DNA of 64,000 nt from Orbicella franksi (GCA_964199315.1 OZ116707.1:3162001-3226000), one strand, 5' to 3'. Positions 37,170-49,074 are shown, counted from the first letter of the stretch. Notes: generated by a model from the letters alone, not told the origin. Numbers and translations are program-made.

Positions 37170-38150
37170 GAACAGACGAAAAAAAATGCCACCTTCTTGG
37201 TCGTATTGACGCATGTTTAAGTTTGGCCATCGCTAGCAAAACATGACGCTTTGGTCCTTCGTAGTCAAGCGACTAGCAGGCAATCCCACCACTCGAACCG
37301 GCTAGGAGTTCAACGGCGGTCTGTGGCACGGATGCCCTCGTTGCCATCCCCATCCTCATTGGGAACAATACAGTAACATCAATGCCGGTGGCATGCTGGA
37401 AGAAAATGTACGAAGACAGACACACAGATATGTTCTAAAAATGCGATGAGAAAAAAAAAATCCATTAGAAGGGCCTGGATCTAACGAACTGAAGAAACTG
37501 ATTGATAAACATGGGGCTGACTTGGAAGAAGTGAGCTGGCGTCCTCCCTCGTCTTCGTAGTATCCGCTAATAGGCAGCTTGTTGTCAAGCGACTAGCAGG
37601 CGATCCCACCACTCGAACCGGCTAGGAGTTCAACGTCAGTGTTGAAAATTCAAATGTCACTGAAGAAAAATCACAAATAAAGCCATAAAAAATGCATTTG
37701 TTTGGGCATTTGCTTATTACATATAATTAAGGACAGGGTGTAAAATATACAATTGCAAAAACTTGTGTGCAACAGGAATGATTTGACATGATTCATCCTT
37801 TGGAAGGCATGTCCGTGGCTAGCAGGCGATCCCACCACTCGAACCAGCTAGGTGTTCCACGGCTGTCTGTGGCAGGGGTGTCCTCGCTGTTTTGCCCCGC
37901 CAATGCGACAGCTACAGCAATCTCCATCCCGATGGCATGCTGGAAGAAATGTACCAAGACACACAGATATGTTCTAAAGAAATATCAATTAGAAGGGCCT
38001 GGGTTCTGATGAACTGAAGAAACTGATTGATAAAACATGGGGCGGACGTGGTCTACATGTGTCCTGGAGTTCGTGGAAGATTCCAAGACTAGAAGCAGCT
38101 AATACGTAGCCTGTTGTCAATTGGTTTTTTAGGCGTTGCCACGTACAGAC
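37170..38150 (-). pseudogene. Inverted, fragmented paralogues of the C-terminal half of the F-box-like family
   Basis: The minus strand gives NRLRISCF, NKLPISGYYEDEG, YEGPKRHVLLAM and AFQRMNHVKSFL, matching the 42147 protein. 37705-37808 is a nucleotide-level inverted copy of 42410-42518. Confidence 0.75.
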
Positions 38151-39073
38151 TGATGGAGAAAATTCTATGATATTATTTTTTGTCCTATAATATTATTATT
38201 TTCCTATGATATTATTATTTTCCTATATTATTTTTTCCTATGATATTATTTTTTTCCTATGATAGTATTATTCCTATGATAAAAAAAGTGGCAAACTTGG
38301 TAAAATAGACGGAGACGAATTGACCAGAGCTTTCCGATCTATTATGGAAGAAAAGGTGCAGATCGCAGGATGGACCAAAAAAATTCCCCAGAGGCAGATT
38401 TTTTATTTTACAAATGTTCAATGCAGATGAGACTGCTCTCTTCCACGGTTGTTTCATCCAGACGATGATTTCAAAAAGGCTTTTTCAACATCCACGACAG
38501 AGCAGCCTTCACAGTTTTAGAGAGATGACTGCCCTCCAAACACCTTTTTATGGGGACAAAACAAAAATTGTACTGCCCAGCCAGGAAAAAACTCAGAGTT
38601 TCAACTCCCGAAGAATTTGATGCGGGCTTGCATGAACTATTAATGTTTTGGACAAATAAATTTTTGGACCAGCCCGTCTAACCATGGCCACACCTTTTTT
38701 CCATATGCTGGCTGAATTGGAGGGGTTCCCCTGAGAGGACAAACTCTCTCGACACCTTTCTATTAAAAAAAAAGCAACCAGCATGAATACCATATATTGA
38801 ATTCCAAAAGACCGACAACATTAGACAACAAATGAAATTCTTTACACAGCTGTTTTCTAGATGCTTTTGGCTATCTGCTTGTGAAAAAACACCATTTCCA
38901 AACTCTTCAAAAAACTTGCATGTTGGCGATGGTGATAACCACTGTCATTTTTGGAGCATGCAAATACTGAATACGAGGATTCACAGCAAGTTTTTTTAAG
39001 TGTGCAGAGTGATTTGTGCTTGATCTGGGCAAACGAACAGAATGTTTCCTTCTGACGAATTTTCAAAGGTGCA

Positions 39074-39838
39074 ATGTTTAGTGCAGTGATCGGTGCAATA
39101 ATTACAGTGGAGTTGTTGAAATTGTCACGTAATGTGAATGGGCATCATGAACGTACGCGTGTAGGGCTAGCGTCAGCCCAAAAGCGACTTGTAAATCCGC
39201 ACAAGCATATCAGTCATTACTGTAGCATGGATTGTCCAGTCTGTAAGAAAACCTTCACCCAAAGAAAAGCCATGAATCGCCATAAGCAAGAAAAACACAG
39301 ACCGAATAGGACCAGGATACAGTGTAGCCTGTGCCCCAAGAGCTTTGCCCGCTTGGAACATTGTAAATGGCACCAGCGAGATATACACGAACCACCGCGC
39401 CACGAGAGCCCCGTTTGCCCACGCAAAAAATTCAAGCGAATGTGTCCCCAACTAAAAAAAGAGCTCACTGATCAAACCAAAGCCGTGAAAGTTTTGATGA
39501 GGGAAATAGAGCAGCTTGAAGCAGACCTGAGCAAACCAGAGCCGCCCACAGATCAAACCAAAGCCGTGAAAGTTTTGATGAGGGAAATAGAGCAGGTTGA
39601 AGCAGACCTGAGCAAACCAGAGCAGCTTGAAGTAGACCCGAGCGAACCAGAGCAGCTTGAAGCAGACCTAAGGGAAATAGAGCAGCTTGAAGCAGACCCA
39701 AGCGAACCAGAGCTGCCCATTACTGATGAGTTTGCTGCAGAAGTTGTAATGGAAAACACAGAACTCTTTGACTTGATGGAAGAATTTTTTAACCAGATTT
39801 CCTGGACGGAAGTATTTCAAATCATGTGTAACTTGTAA
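39074..39838 (+). CDS. C2H2 zinc-finger protein with acidic repeat tail (likely start ATG 39227)
   Basis: CPVCKKTFTQRKAMNRHKQEKH, CSLCPKSFARLEHCKWHQRDIH, a partial third finger, then EQLEAD repeats. Confidence 0.85.
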   Translation: MFSAVIGAIITVELLKLSRNVNGHHERTRVGLASAQKRLVNPHKHISHYCSMDCPVCKKTFTQRKAMNRHKQEKHRPNRTRIQCSLCPKSFARLEHCKWHQRDIHEPPRHESPVCPRKKFKRMCPQLKKELTDQTKAVKVLMREIEQLEADLSKPEPPTDQTKAVKVLMREIEQVEADLSKPEQLEVDPSEPEQLEADLREIEQLEADPSEPELPITDEFAAEVVMENTELFDLMEEFFNQISWTEVFQIMCNL

Positions 39839-40164
39839 AAAAAGCATTGTACTTTGTGTAGATCAATTAAAAAAAATTGGACTGTAATTCAATTTTGAGT
39901 GCATTTTTTATCGATCAAAAACAATGCCACGAGTTAGAACTAGAAGGCGCTAAAGAAATTATGAAACAACAAACTGGTCATCAACACAGCAGCCTCATGA
40001 TTTTTTTCCCACGAGAAAAAAAAAATTGGGGGGGTGATCAATAATGGCGTAATAAATGCGTCAGATTTTTTGAACAAATCAGGTACGCATGTGGGACTAG
40101 CGTCATCCCCTCAAAAACCTTTTACCAACTGAGCAAGCATTTTTTTTGTACCAGTTACTATAGC

Positions 40165-40575
40165 ATGGATTGTCCAGTCTGTCAGAAAACCTTCACCCAA
40201 AGAAAATCCATGAATTGCCATATGCAAGAAAAACACAGCCCGAATAGGCCTAGGATACATTGTAGCCTGTGCCCCAAGAGCTTTGTCCGCTTGGAACATT
40301 ATAAACGGCACCAGCGAGATATACACGAACCACTGCGCTACGAGTGTCCCGTTTGCCGACGCAAAAAATTCAAGTGACCAGACCATTTACGACGACACCA
40401 GCGAATCTGTCAACAACCGAACACACCTTTGCCCAGGGCAACGCAAGAACCACCCTTGGTATCTGTACAACTAGTCATTGATATCCAAAGTCCCAAGATT
40501 ATAGACGAAGCAAAACTTCAAGCATTAGCCAACGACATTTTGTCCGTGGCATTCTCATTTGTATTAAACCATTAG
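40165..40575 (+). pseudogene. Paralogous three-finger zinc-finger gene with premature TGA at 40375
   Basis: MDCPVCQKTF...CSLCPKSF...CPVCRRKKFK*PDHLRRHQRIC... continues in frame to TAG at 40573. Confidence 0.8.
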
Positions 40576-42146
40576 AAAAAGAGACATTTTTCACTGGACA
40601 AAGCAGAACATTTATGGCTTGTTATTAAAGCCGTGTCATTTTGTAAAATCGTTCAAAGTGGCAGTGGCACAAAAAAAACCCCTTCAAGTGCCATTTCAAA
40701 AATGCGGCTTTTTTGGCTCTGGCTGTGATGTTGTAAATAACGCATTCGGGTTTTTGTTTAATAAAATAAGCAGAATGAGTAAACAAATCGAGTGTGGTTT
40801 TTTCAGGGAGAACCCGTGCATAAATGGCGTGTAGTTATTTTTAAATATCGTGGATCGATGGCGTTTTTCAAAAAAATCTGATGCGTTCATACTTTTTGAA
40901 ATCTACTGATGGCGTGTATGGTAGTTCACAAAGTTTTTTGTTTTCACAAGACTTGGCTGGGTTTTTGTCTGCTGCGCCAAAAAAATGAGTGAGCCATCGA
41001 TGAATGAGGTGAGTTACATCAGTTGACGCGTTATCTCCAAAAAAAACCCGACATAAATAAACTCGCATCGAAAGTTGTAGAACAGCGCCGTATTAATGGT
41101 GATTTTTTTTCTTTTGGTTTGAATAGGATGACCAGGTCACGGCCAAACATCAAGTAAGTTCATGTTTTTGATTCATGCTTAAACCCTCTACCCGCACCTA
41201 GTAGAGATTTTTTTTGTACGAAATTCGCTGACTCTTGACGGGCATGAAAACCGAGTTGATCCAAGTAAGGCCCCTGTGGAAATTCTCGATTGAAGTTAAC
41301 TCTTTTTTTAAAATAACAGAATTTTACCGGTTTTTTTTCACCCTAGGATTTAGAACGAAATAAACGCCAACGAGTTGAAGCGTGGGCGAGCGGGAATTCA
41401 GCGGCCATTTCAAGAAGCAATACCGAATTTCAAGAAATTGTACAACTTGGCCTGCATTGGTTCGGACTCAATTTCATGGAATTAGTACCCCATGTAACCA
41501 TGGAAGGGGATTCAGCAACCTTTACAATGAGGTTCTAAAAATCTGATTTAAAGCAATAAATGTCAGTCAAAACTACAAATGGACTTTTTTTCTCGAGCGT
41601 GCACACTGTCACAAATGGCCGACAACCCAGGGAAAACACTAATAACTCACCTATTTCGTTGAGACCGGCTTAGTTTCACTCCATACATTAGTTAGAACAA
41701 GGTGATGGACTGGCTTTCCATTTCTTATTAACTGCAAGTATATTTAAAAAAACCTACTGGGTAGTTTTGTTCGAGCAAGTGCCAAGCTTCTCACTTCCAT
41801 TCAACACCGAGCGCTCGGGTCTCTCTCTTCGTTGGAGAGAAATAACATGCTGAAACAAAAACTCACCTGCACAGTCAAACTCAGGGTTTGTTTGTTCTTC
41901 CAGTAATTTCAGCCATTTCGCAAACAGTGGTTTAACCATACATGTTTTTTTTGCACCGCTCAAAAAAAACCCGCCCATCTACTCAAATTCACTGCACGTT
42001 ATGCCAAAACCACGAGCTCTTCTAGGCTGGCATCAGCTCATCACATGCTCCAATGGCGTCACCAGCATTTTCTTGCCCCTCCCTAGTCGTTGTGTCACCC
42101 TCCATTCCCTTAAACTAATTTTTTTTTGTATTGGTATAAAAAACAG

Positions 42147-42449
42147 ATGAGCTACTGGGACTGGCTACCACCAGAACTTCAAGAGTCCATTATCCAGTTG
42201 GCTGAAAGTCAACTTGCCCATGAGCAGCGAAGACAAGAACTGCTAACTAAAATAAACAAAGAAATCTGCCTATATTGGCACGTACAAGAGGCCTGGGGCC
42301 TAGGTGGCCTAAGACTGCGAAATGCCAAGAACAGACTACGTATCAGCGGCTACTACGAAGACGAAGGACGAAAGCGCCACGTTTTGTTAGCCATCGACAA
42401 ATTTGAAGATGCCTTCAAAAGGATGAATCATGTAAAATCATTCCTGTAA
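42147..42449 (+). CDS. F-box-like family member a
   Basis: MSYWDWLPPELQESIIQLA matches the F-box LPxE(I/L)xxxI core; ends AWGLG...ISGYYEDEGRKRHVLL...HVKSFL. Confidence 0.7.
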   Translation: MSYWDWLPPELQESIIQLAESQLAHEQRRQELLTKINKEICLYWHVQEAWGLGGLRLRNAKNRLRISGYYEDEGRKRHVLLAIDKFEDAFKRMNHVKSFL

Positions 42450-42664
42450 TACTGTTGCACACAAGTTTTGCAATTGTATATTTTACACCTTGTCCTTAAT
42501 TATATGTAATAAGCAAATAGTGTTTTTGCTATCATCTCTGTTATAATCTTGGCTTTAAATGCTTTTTTAATTAGTCCCCAGCACGCGCACAATAGTAAAA
42601 ACTTTATAGATCCGCTAACGCCCATATCCCCTTAAATTGGCCATGTCCTCCCTTTTTTTCATGC

Positions 42665-42850
42665 AAGCGAGCAGCTGACGACTCAACTACCCCTGACCTT
42701 TGACCGCATGTGAGCAGCTGACAACTACGGCTACCCCTGACCTTTGACTGCGCGCGAGCAGATCATGACTATGGCTACCCCTGACCTTTGACCACGAGCA
42801 GCTCACGACTACAGCTACCCGACCTTTGTCCGTGCGCGAGCTGCTGACGC
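42665..42850 (-). repeat. Internal copy of the TIR ~44-bp DR1/E-box repeat array
   Basis: GAGCAGCTGACGACT..CTACCCCTGACCTTTGACC units at 42694, 42738 and 42782, degenerate at 42821; same orientation as the right TIR. Confidence 0.9.
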
Positions 42851-42928
42851 CACCCGAGCCGCTGATGCACACGTATTACTAAAGGAGCGGCCTGACAAAA
42901 AATGGTACACTTGCCACGAGCGCTGATC

Positions 42929-42982
42929 ATGGCTGAGCTGACCGACGATGAGATGAATCACCCTATGGACCTATACGAAGCA
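42929..42982 (+). CDS. Putative 18-codon leader exon MAELTDDEMNHPMDLYEA
   Basis: ATG at 42929 and a phase-0 donor GCA|GTGAGT at 42983; the unspliced frame stops three codons later. Confidence 0.5.
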
Positions 42983-42999
42983 GTGAGTATCTAAAAAAA

Positions 43000-43212
43000 A
43001 TGGACAGTTTAACGTGCACCCTATGCGCCCAAGTCATCCTTAGTATTGAGATTCCCACTTGAACCAAGTGTTGCCGTTACTTTGTTCATTACAATTGCTT
43101 CACCAAGGCAGTCGGTGATCAATTGAACAAAGCTATGATGGCTGAGAAGTTGTACTGCCCACTCTGTCACTCGTTGTGCATGCTAAGTGCACTCATGGCC
43201 ATTTTGGACTGA
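43000..43212 (+). pseudogene. RING-finger paralogue with in-frame TGA (43060)
   Basis: MDSLTCTLC...*TKCCRYFVHYNC...YCPLC; same CC-x4-H-x2-C spacing as 30625-30861. Confidence 0.75.
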
Positions 43213-43304
43213 GTCTGGTCACACCCCCACTAGACATTTGTTTTGGACTTGAGATTCGTACGACACCTTTTGTCATGCCTTGTTCATCACCTTTCTTTTC
43301 ATAG

Positions 43305-44800
43305 AGTTGCTGGGATTGGTTGCCACCCGAAATCCAAGCCTACATTATGTCACTCGCTGAGTCGCAACTCGCCTTCGAGGAGAAAAGGGAGCGTGAAATA
43401 GTCAATGCAGAAACGAGAAAATATGAACAGTGGTCGTTTAGACCAAAACCAGGCAAGTTTCGCGAGTTAAATACTTCAATTTATTTCTGTCAATACAATT
43501 CATTTGATAGAGTTGCTGGGATTGGTTGCCACCTGAAAATCCAAGAATCTCATTGACAGATGCGAAAGTGAGATCGAGAGAGAATTTTTTTTTAGGGTAG
43601 AGAATTGACAACGCTAAGTCCACTTTACTATTTCTAGACTGAAAAGAGTCACTGGGATTGGCTACCCACAGAAATACAGTGTTCTGTGATTTTGCTAGCC
43701 GTGCGGCAACACATTATTGATCGGAAAAGGAAGGAACTATTGGGCAGGCTTCATGAAGAAATTGTGGATTATGCAAGATTAAAGACAGCCTGGGGATACG
43801 GTCACGTAGAAATAAAAAAGCGAAAATGTTATCTAACCGTTTGTAAATTGTTATACAGGCGATTTATGCCCAATCACATGGATATCTACGGTCATTATGT
43901 CAGTCGCCATAATGAACTAAAGAAACTGTATTTAGGGTGCAGCATTAAAGATGCCTTGAATAATGTAGACGAGAAAAAATTGTTCTTGTTCTCTGCTGAT
44001 GTGTGATTGGTTCTTACAGAGTCACTGGGATGGCTTACCACCCGAAATACAGGATTACATGCTTTCCTTGGCTACCTGACAACCCAAACTCATCCGCAGA
44101 AATAATGAACTGTTACGCAGTCTTCACCAAGAAATCCTAGACTATGCAAAACTGAAGGAAGAATGGGGCATAGGACACATTAAGAATGTTGTATGTCGAT
44201 GTGGTTTCCCCTGCTGTCGAGGAAAGAAGGAACAATTTCAATATTTGAAAATATATATGGATGTTACATTGACGATAAACCTCAAAAAACGTATATAGTC
44301 AACACTTACGAAGCTGCTATGGAATGCGCCCCCTTTGTAAAGTCGTTCCTCTACCCCATCGGTTTACGCAGTGCTAAATACAACTTATACAGATATTACA
44401 GATATAATAAATCTCTTTCAGAGTCACTGGGATAGACTACCCCGAGAAATAGTGTTATGTGCTTTCGTTGGCTACCTGGCAACATATCATTGACCGAAGA
44501 GGGAACAGACTGTATTGCAAGATTCTTAGAGACATTTTATATTACACTAATCTGAAAAGAGAATGGGGACACGGTCACATAGAAGTAAAATGGTTTAAAT
44601 GTAATAGACCCCAATGTATAGCGTTTTACGGACCATTCATTCCCCATCACACTACTGTCCACGGTTGTTATGTCAACTGTCATAACAAGAAAAAGAAAGT
44701 ATGGTTAGGGTCAATTTAGGTCATGCCATGGACAATGTATATGATGAGAGAAGTATGCTTGTATTATTGGATGTGTTATTAGCCAATAAAAAACATTTGT
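43305..44800 (+). CDS. Tandem array of five ATG-less F-box-like exons (b 43305, c 43511, d 43638/43647, e 44020, f 44422); d intact, others damaged
   Basis: Each begins AG|AGT (TGC/CAC) TGG GAT, encoding S(C/H)WDxLPxE(I). Members d, e and f share the downstream LxxEIxxY..L...WGxGH(I/V) motif. Confidence 0.75.
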
Positions 44801-44824
44801 GCTTGACCTCATTAAAAAAAAGCA

Positions 44825-47800
44825 TTGTACGCGTCCTCAATCAGTGTGTCCTCATGTCTGCAGACTCCAAGACGAAGTTGGTCACTCTCCCCAGTGCCCA
44901 CGCCCAGACTCGACGTTCCACATCACACTCGTTCTCTGGACCAAGACCGCGACGACAACGACGACGACTGGATCTTCGATCCGCCCATTGACCAGATCTT
45001 AAACGAAAACAGTAAAAGATCACACAAGCAAGCCTTCTCGGACGATGACGACACGCAATATGGCGGCAGCGCCAACACCCATCTCCTAGACTTTGAACTG
45101 TGACCTCTAGGCGCCCCACGCAACTGGAGACATGTGGTGAACAAACGTAGATACGAAGCCACTCTGAAACAACACCGAGATGTGACTGCCAGGGACAACC
45201 TGGGCCAAGAACTGACCAGTGCCCTGCAACGATGCATCCAGCGACAAATCGACCAGGATCCCAGCCTGACTCCCCACTCCACCGTGCATATCACCATGGA
45301 GTCCAGTGCCTTCACGCACGCCTTCCAATCCGCCACCTTCAGCGTGCTCGAATTCCAAGAAGGCAGCCAAAGACTGGACACTTATCTCCAGTCTCTTGCG
45401 GCCAAACTGAACTCCAACCAGGACTTCACCCCAGACGACACCTTCACCGTGGAGACCACCTTCATCCAGACTCCCGGTCCTGGTAGTGGTCATGGCAAGC
45501 AATACCGACCCAGCAAAGCCGCCGTCCGGGGCATCCTCAAACGGTCATGCGTGACCATAAAAAACAAAGACCAACTCTGCTACGCGCACGCCATTGTCAC
45601 CATGAAAGCCTTGGCCGACACCAACAGCAATGCTCGAGATCACGATTATCACAATCTCGAACAGGGATGCCCTGTCCAAGAGCGATTGGTCAAGGAACTC
45701 CACCGCTTGGCTAACGTCCCCGAAGGACCTTGCAGCCTAAAAGAACTTGACATGTTCCAGGTGGCGCTACCCGGGTACCAGATCAAGGTCCTGTCCATCG
45801 ACCCGCCGCACATGATCATTTACACGGAACCCGTAGACTCGGACAAGTGCATTCTTCTCATCAAGGAGGACGGCCTCTACGACGGCTGCAATTCCTTCGG
45901 CGGGTTCTTCAGCAAATCATACTTTTGCCATGAACGCAACTGCAGCTACAACCACGATGACATTAAAAATCATCCGTGTAAAGGCAAATGGTGCCCCGCC
46001 TGCAAAAGAAAGGACTCTCCTGATTACATCGAAGCTAAAAAGACCAACAACTTTCCGTGTCCTTCTAAACTATGCACCCTCTGCCATCGTGACTTCTTCA
46101 ATGCTTAGTCTCCCACCTGCTACTACGGGACTCAAAAATCAAATCCATCTGCAACACCCACAAAAAGTGCCCAGACTGTTGTCATGTCTACCAACTAGGC
46201 GATAAAGTGCGTCACGGTGGCAATCATCGTGCCCCACAACATGTGTGCGGAAAGGGCGAGTGCCGCATTTGCGGCAAACAGGTCATGCTGTCCAGTCACA
46301 AATGCTTCATCCAATGCATCCCCGAAGAAGACCAATCCAAAACCAAGAGGGTCAATCGTGACCAGGTCAACAGCCGTCCCTTTAGTGAACCCTCAGCGCG
46401 TGATCCCGATCGTCGTGTGGTGGTAAACAGAGATCCTCTCCAGGTCTACGCCGATTATGAAGCCACCGTGGACCAGGAGGGAGTGCAATCGCCCATCCTC
46501 CTCTGTGCCGAGATGGACGAAGACGACGAGGAAGTGTCCTTTTACAGACCCGACTGCACCACCCAATTCTTCTACTGGCTAGAGGCAATAGGCATGGACC
46601 AAGACTGTGACGATCAGGACGTCATCGTCATCTTCCACAACGCCAAGGGCTACAACGGCATGTTTCTCCTTGACTACTGTTACCATCATCACCGAGAAGT
46701 CACCAACCAAATCACCATTGGTACCAAAATCCTCTCCTTCAAGACGGACCGCCTGACCTTCAAGGACCCGCTCTGCTTTCTTCCCATGCCACTGGCCAAC
46801 TTTCCCGCCACCTTCGGCATCCAAGAATTGACCAAGGGTTTTTTCCCTCGTCTCTTCAACACCCTAGAAAACCAAGAGTACCGGGGACCCATGCCACCAA
46901 CCTCCAGCTACAATCGAGACGGTATGTCTGCCAAGAAAAAATTCGAATTCGAGCGCTGGTATGCCAACAAGGTCCACAATAACTAAACCTTCCATCTGAA
47001 AAGGGACATGGAGGCTTACTGCATCAGCGACGTGAAGCTCCTCAAAGCAGGCTGCCAGAAATTCCAACAGCAGTTCAAGCAAAAGGCCAGCTTTAACCCC
47101 ATGGAAAAATGCTACATGGTCGCCTCTTTGTGCCACCGGTTCTGGTGCAAGAAACTACTCACTCCCGACACCATCGCCTCCGAACCTCCTGGCGGCTGGC
47201 ACGGGGCTCAGTCCAACCAGTCCGCCAAGGCCTTCAATTGGCTAGCATGGCAGGAACACCTTCGTCGTCACAGCCCCAACAACGACAAGCCTCGTGCAGA
47301 CCACATCAAGCATGCTGACAATGGGGGTGAGCAACGAGTGGCAAATGTCCTGGTAGATGGCCTGGATGTACACAACACCGTGTACCAATTCCACGGCTGT
47401 CTCTGGCACGGGTGTCCTCGCTGTTTCCCCTGCCAACGGGACAGATATCCCATCTGCCACACCGATCGCACCCTAGAAGAAGTCTACGAGCACACGCTAA
47501 AGAAACAGGCCCTTCTGAAGCAGCACAGCCACCATCTCAAGATCATGTGGGAGTGCGATTGAGATCGGCAGGTCAAGACCAAAGAGGCCCTCCAATGATT
47601 CTTGGCCACCTACCAGAAAGTGGACCCCCTAGAACCGCGTAATGCCTTCTTTGGTGGCAGAACCACTGCCGTGCGTCCTCACCACTCCGTCAACCAGAGC
47701 CAGGCCAAACAAATCAAATACGTGGACGTGACTTCCCTGTACCCGTGGGTCAACAAGACTTGCGAATACTCCGTTGGACATCCCGAGATCCTCACCAACC

Positions 47801-49040
47801 CCACCGACCAAGACATCCACCACTACTTCGGCATGGCCTACATTGACATCCTTCCACCTCCACACCTTTACCATCCTGTGCTACTGCATCGCCAGGCCGG
47901 TAAACTCACCTTTCCTCTGTGCCGCTCCTGCGTCCAAGACCAAATGCCACTTCCTCAGCGGGACAAATTGTGGCGGTGCTCGCACACGGAGACTCAATGC
48001 GCCTTGTGTGGAACTTGGTACACGCCTAAAATTCAAGAAACTGTTTGACAGGGGTACATCATCCTGCACATTCATGAGGTGTGGCATTTTCCCCCAAAGC
48101 AAAGACGCAAGAGTCTCTTTGCCGACTATGTCAACACCTGGCTAAAAATCAAACAAGAATCCGCTGGGTACCCCAGCTGTTGCCTCACCCCAGATGACAA
48201 ATTACTCTACATACGCCAATACAAAGAACAAGAAGGTATCTCCCTCGACACCACCATGATCCAGAAAAATCCCGGCCGGAAAGCCATGGCCAAACTCACG
48301 CTCAACTTCTTCTGGGGCAAGTTCGGAGAAAACCTCCACAAGAAACACACGGAAACTGCCACATTGCCAGCTGAACTCTTCGGTTTGGTATCCAACAGCT
48401 TTCACGACATCCGAGCCATCTGGATCTGCTCCGACGACGTGCTCGAAATAGATTACCTAGACCTGCACGAGAACCAAATCGATAATGGGCACGTCAACAT
48501 CTTCGTGGCCGCCTTCACCACCTGCTGGGCCCGTCTCAAGCTCTATTCGTATCTTGACCAACTGAAGCAACAAGTGCTGTACTGCGACACCGATTCCATC
48601 GTCTACTCCCACAAACCCGGTCAAGCTGACATTCCCCTAGACGACTACCTGGGCGACATGACCAACAAGCTGGACGCTGACGATTACATCGTTGACTTCA
48701 CTTCGGCCGGAGCCAAAAATTACGGCTACAAGACCAAACTCGGCAAAGTCTGCTGCAAAGTGCGAGGATTCACTCTCAATGTGCGCGGCTCCCAACAACT
48801 CAACTATGACGTCATAAGAGAAAACCTACTGGAAGAGTTGACCAATCCGCTCGACCAACGAAGGAACATTCCTGTCGTCAACCCCTACTTCTTCACTCGT
48901 GATCCCGCCAGCAAACAGGTCCGAGTGGGACCCCGCACCAAACAGTACGGACCTACCCTTACGGTTACCAGTGGAACTGACTGACTGAATTAGACGATGC
49001 CAACATGGACAACATGGAGACCCTGATGGAGCTGTTGTAG
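44825..49040 (+). pseudogene. pPolB: Protein-primed family-B DNA polymerase (Polinton-type: TP/vOTU-like N-terminus, Zn fingers, exonuclease, Vsr-like insert), with stops and frameshifts
   Basis: NKDQLC; ExoI YADYE; ExoII FHNAKGY; ExoIII YCISDV; FHGCLWHGCPRC/WECD; FFGGRT; motif A DVTSLYP; motif B KLTLNFFWGKFG; motif C YCDTDS; KNYGY; KVRG. The terminal YPYGY is in a shifted frame after an internal deletion. Confidence 0.95.
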
Positions 49041-49074
49041 CTCCACCAGGAACTGATCAATAGTAAAAAACAAA

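Noticed and set aside
38414-38620. NADETALF resembles the pogo/Tigger DDE_1 motif
   Set aside because: Only eight residues match; no downstream DDE motifs or TIRs were found, so it was not called.
40600-41560. Possible further spliced cargo genes (minus strand 40.6-41.07 kb; plus strand MTRSRPNI with GTAAGT/GTAAGG donors and a WASGNS...TMRF exon)
   Set aside because: Splice signals are visible, but I could not assemble a consistent reading frame or recognise a domain.
44841-48405. Many long minus-strand and alternative-frame ORFs over pPolB (e.g. 44923-45381, 45107-45502, 46579-46824)
   Set aside because: Shadow ORFs produced by the GC-rich codon bias of the polymerase; no motifs.
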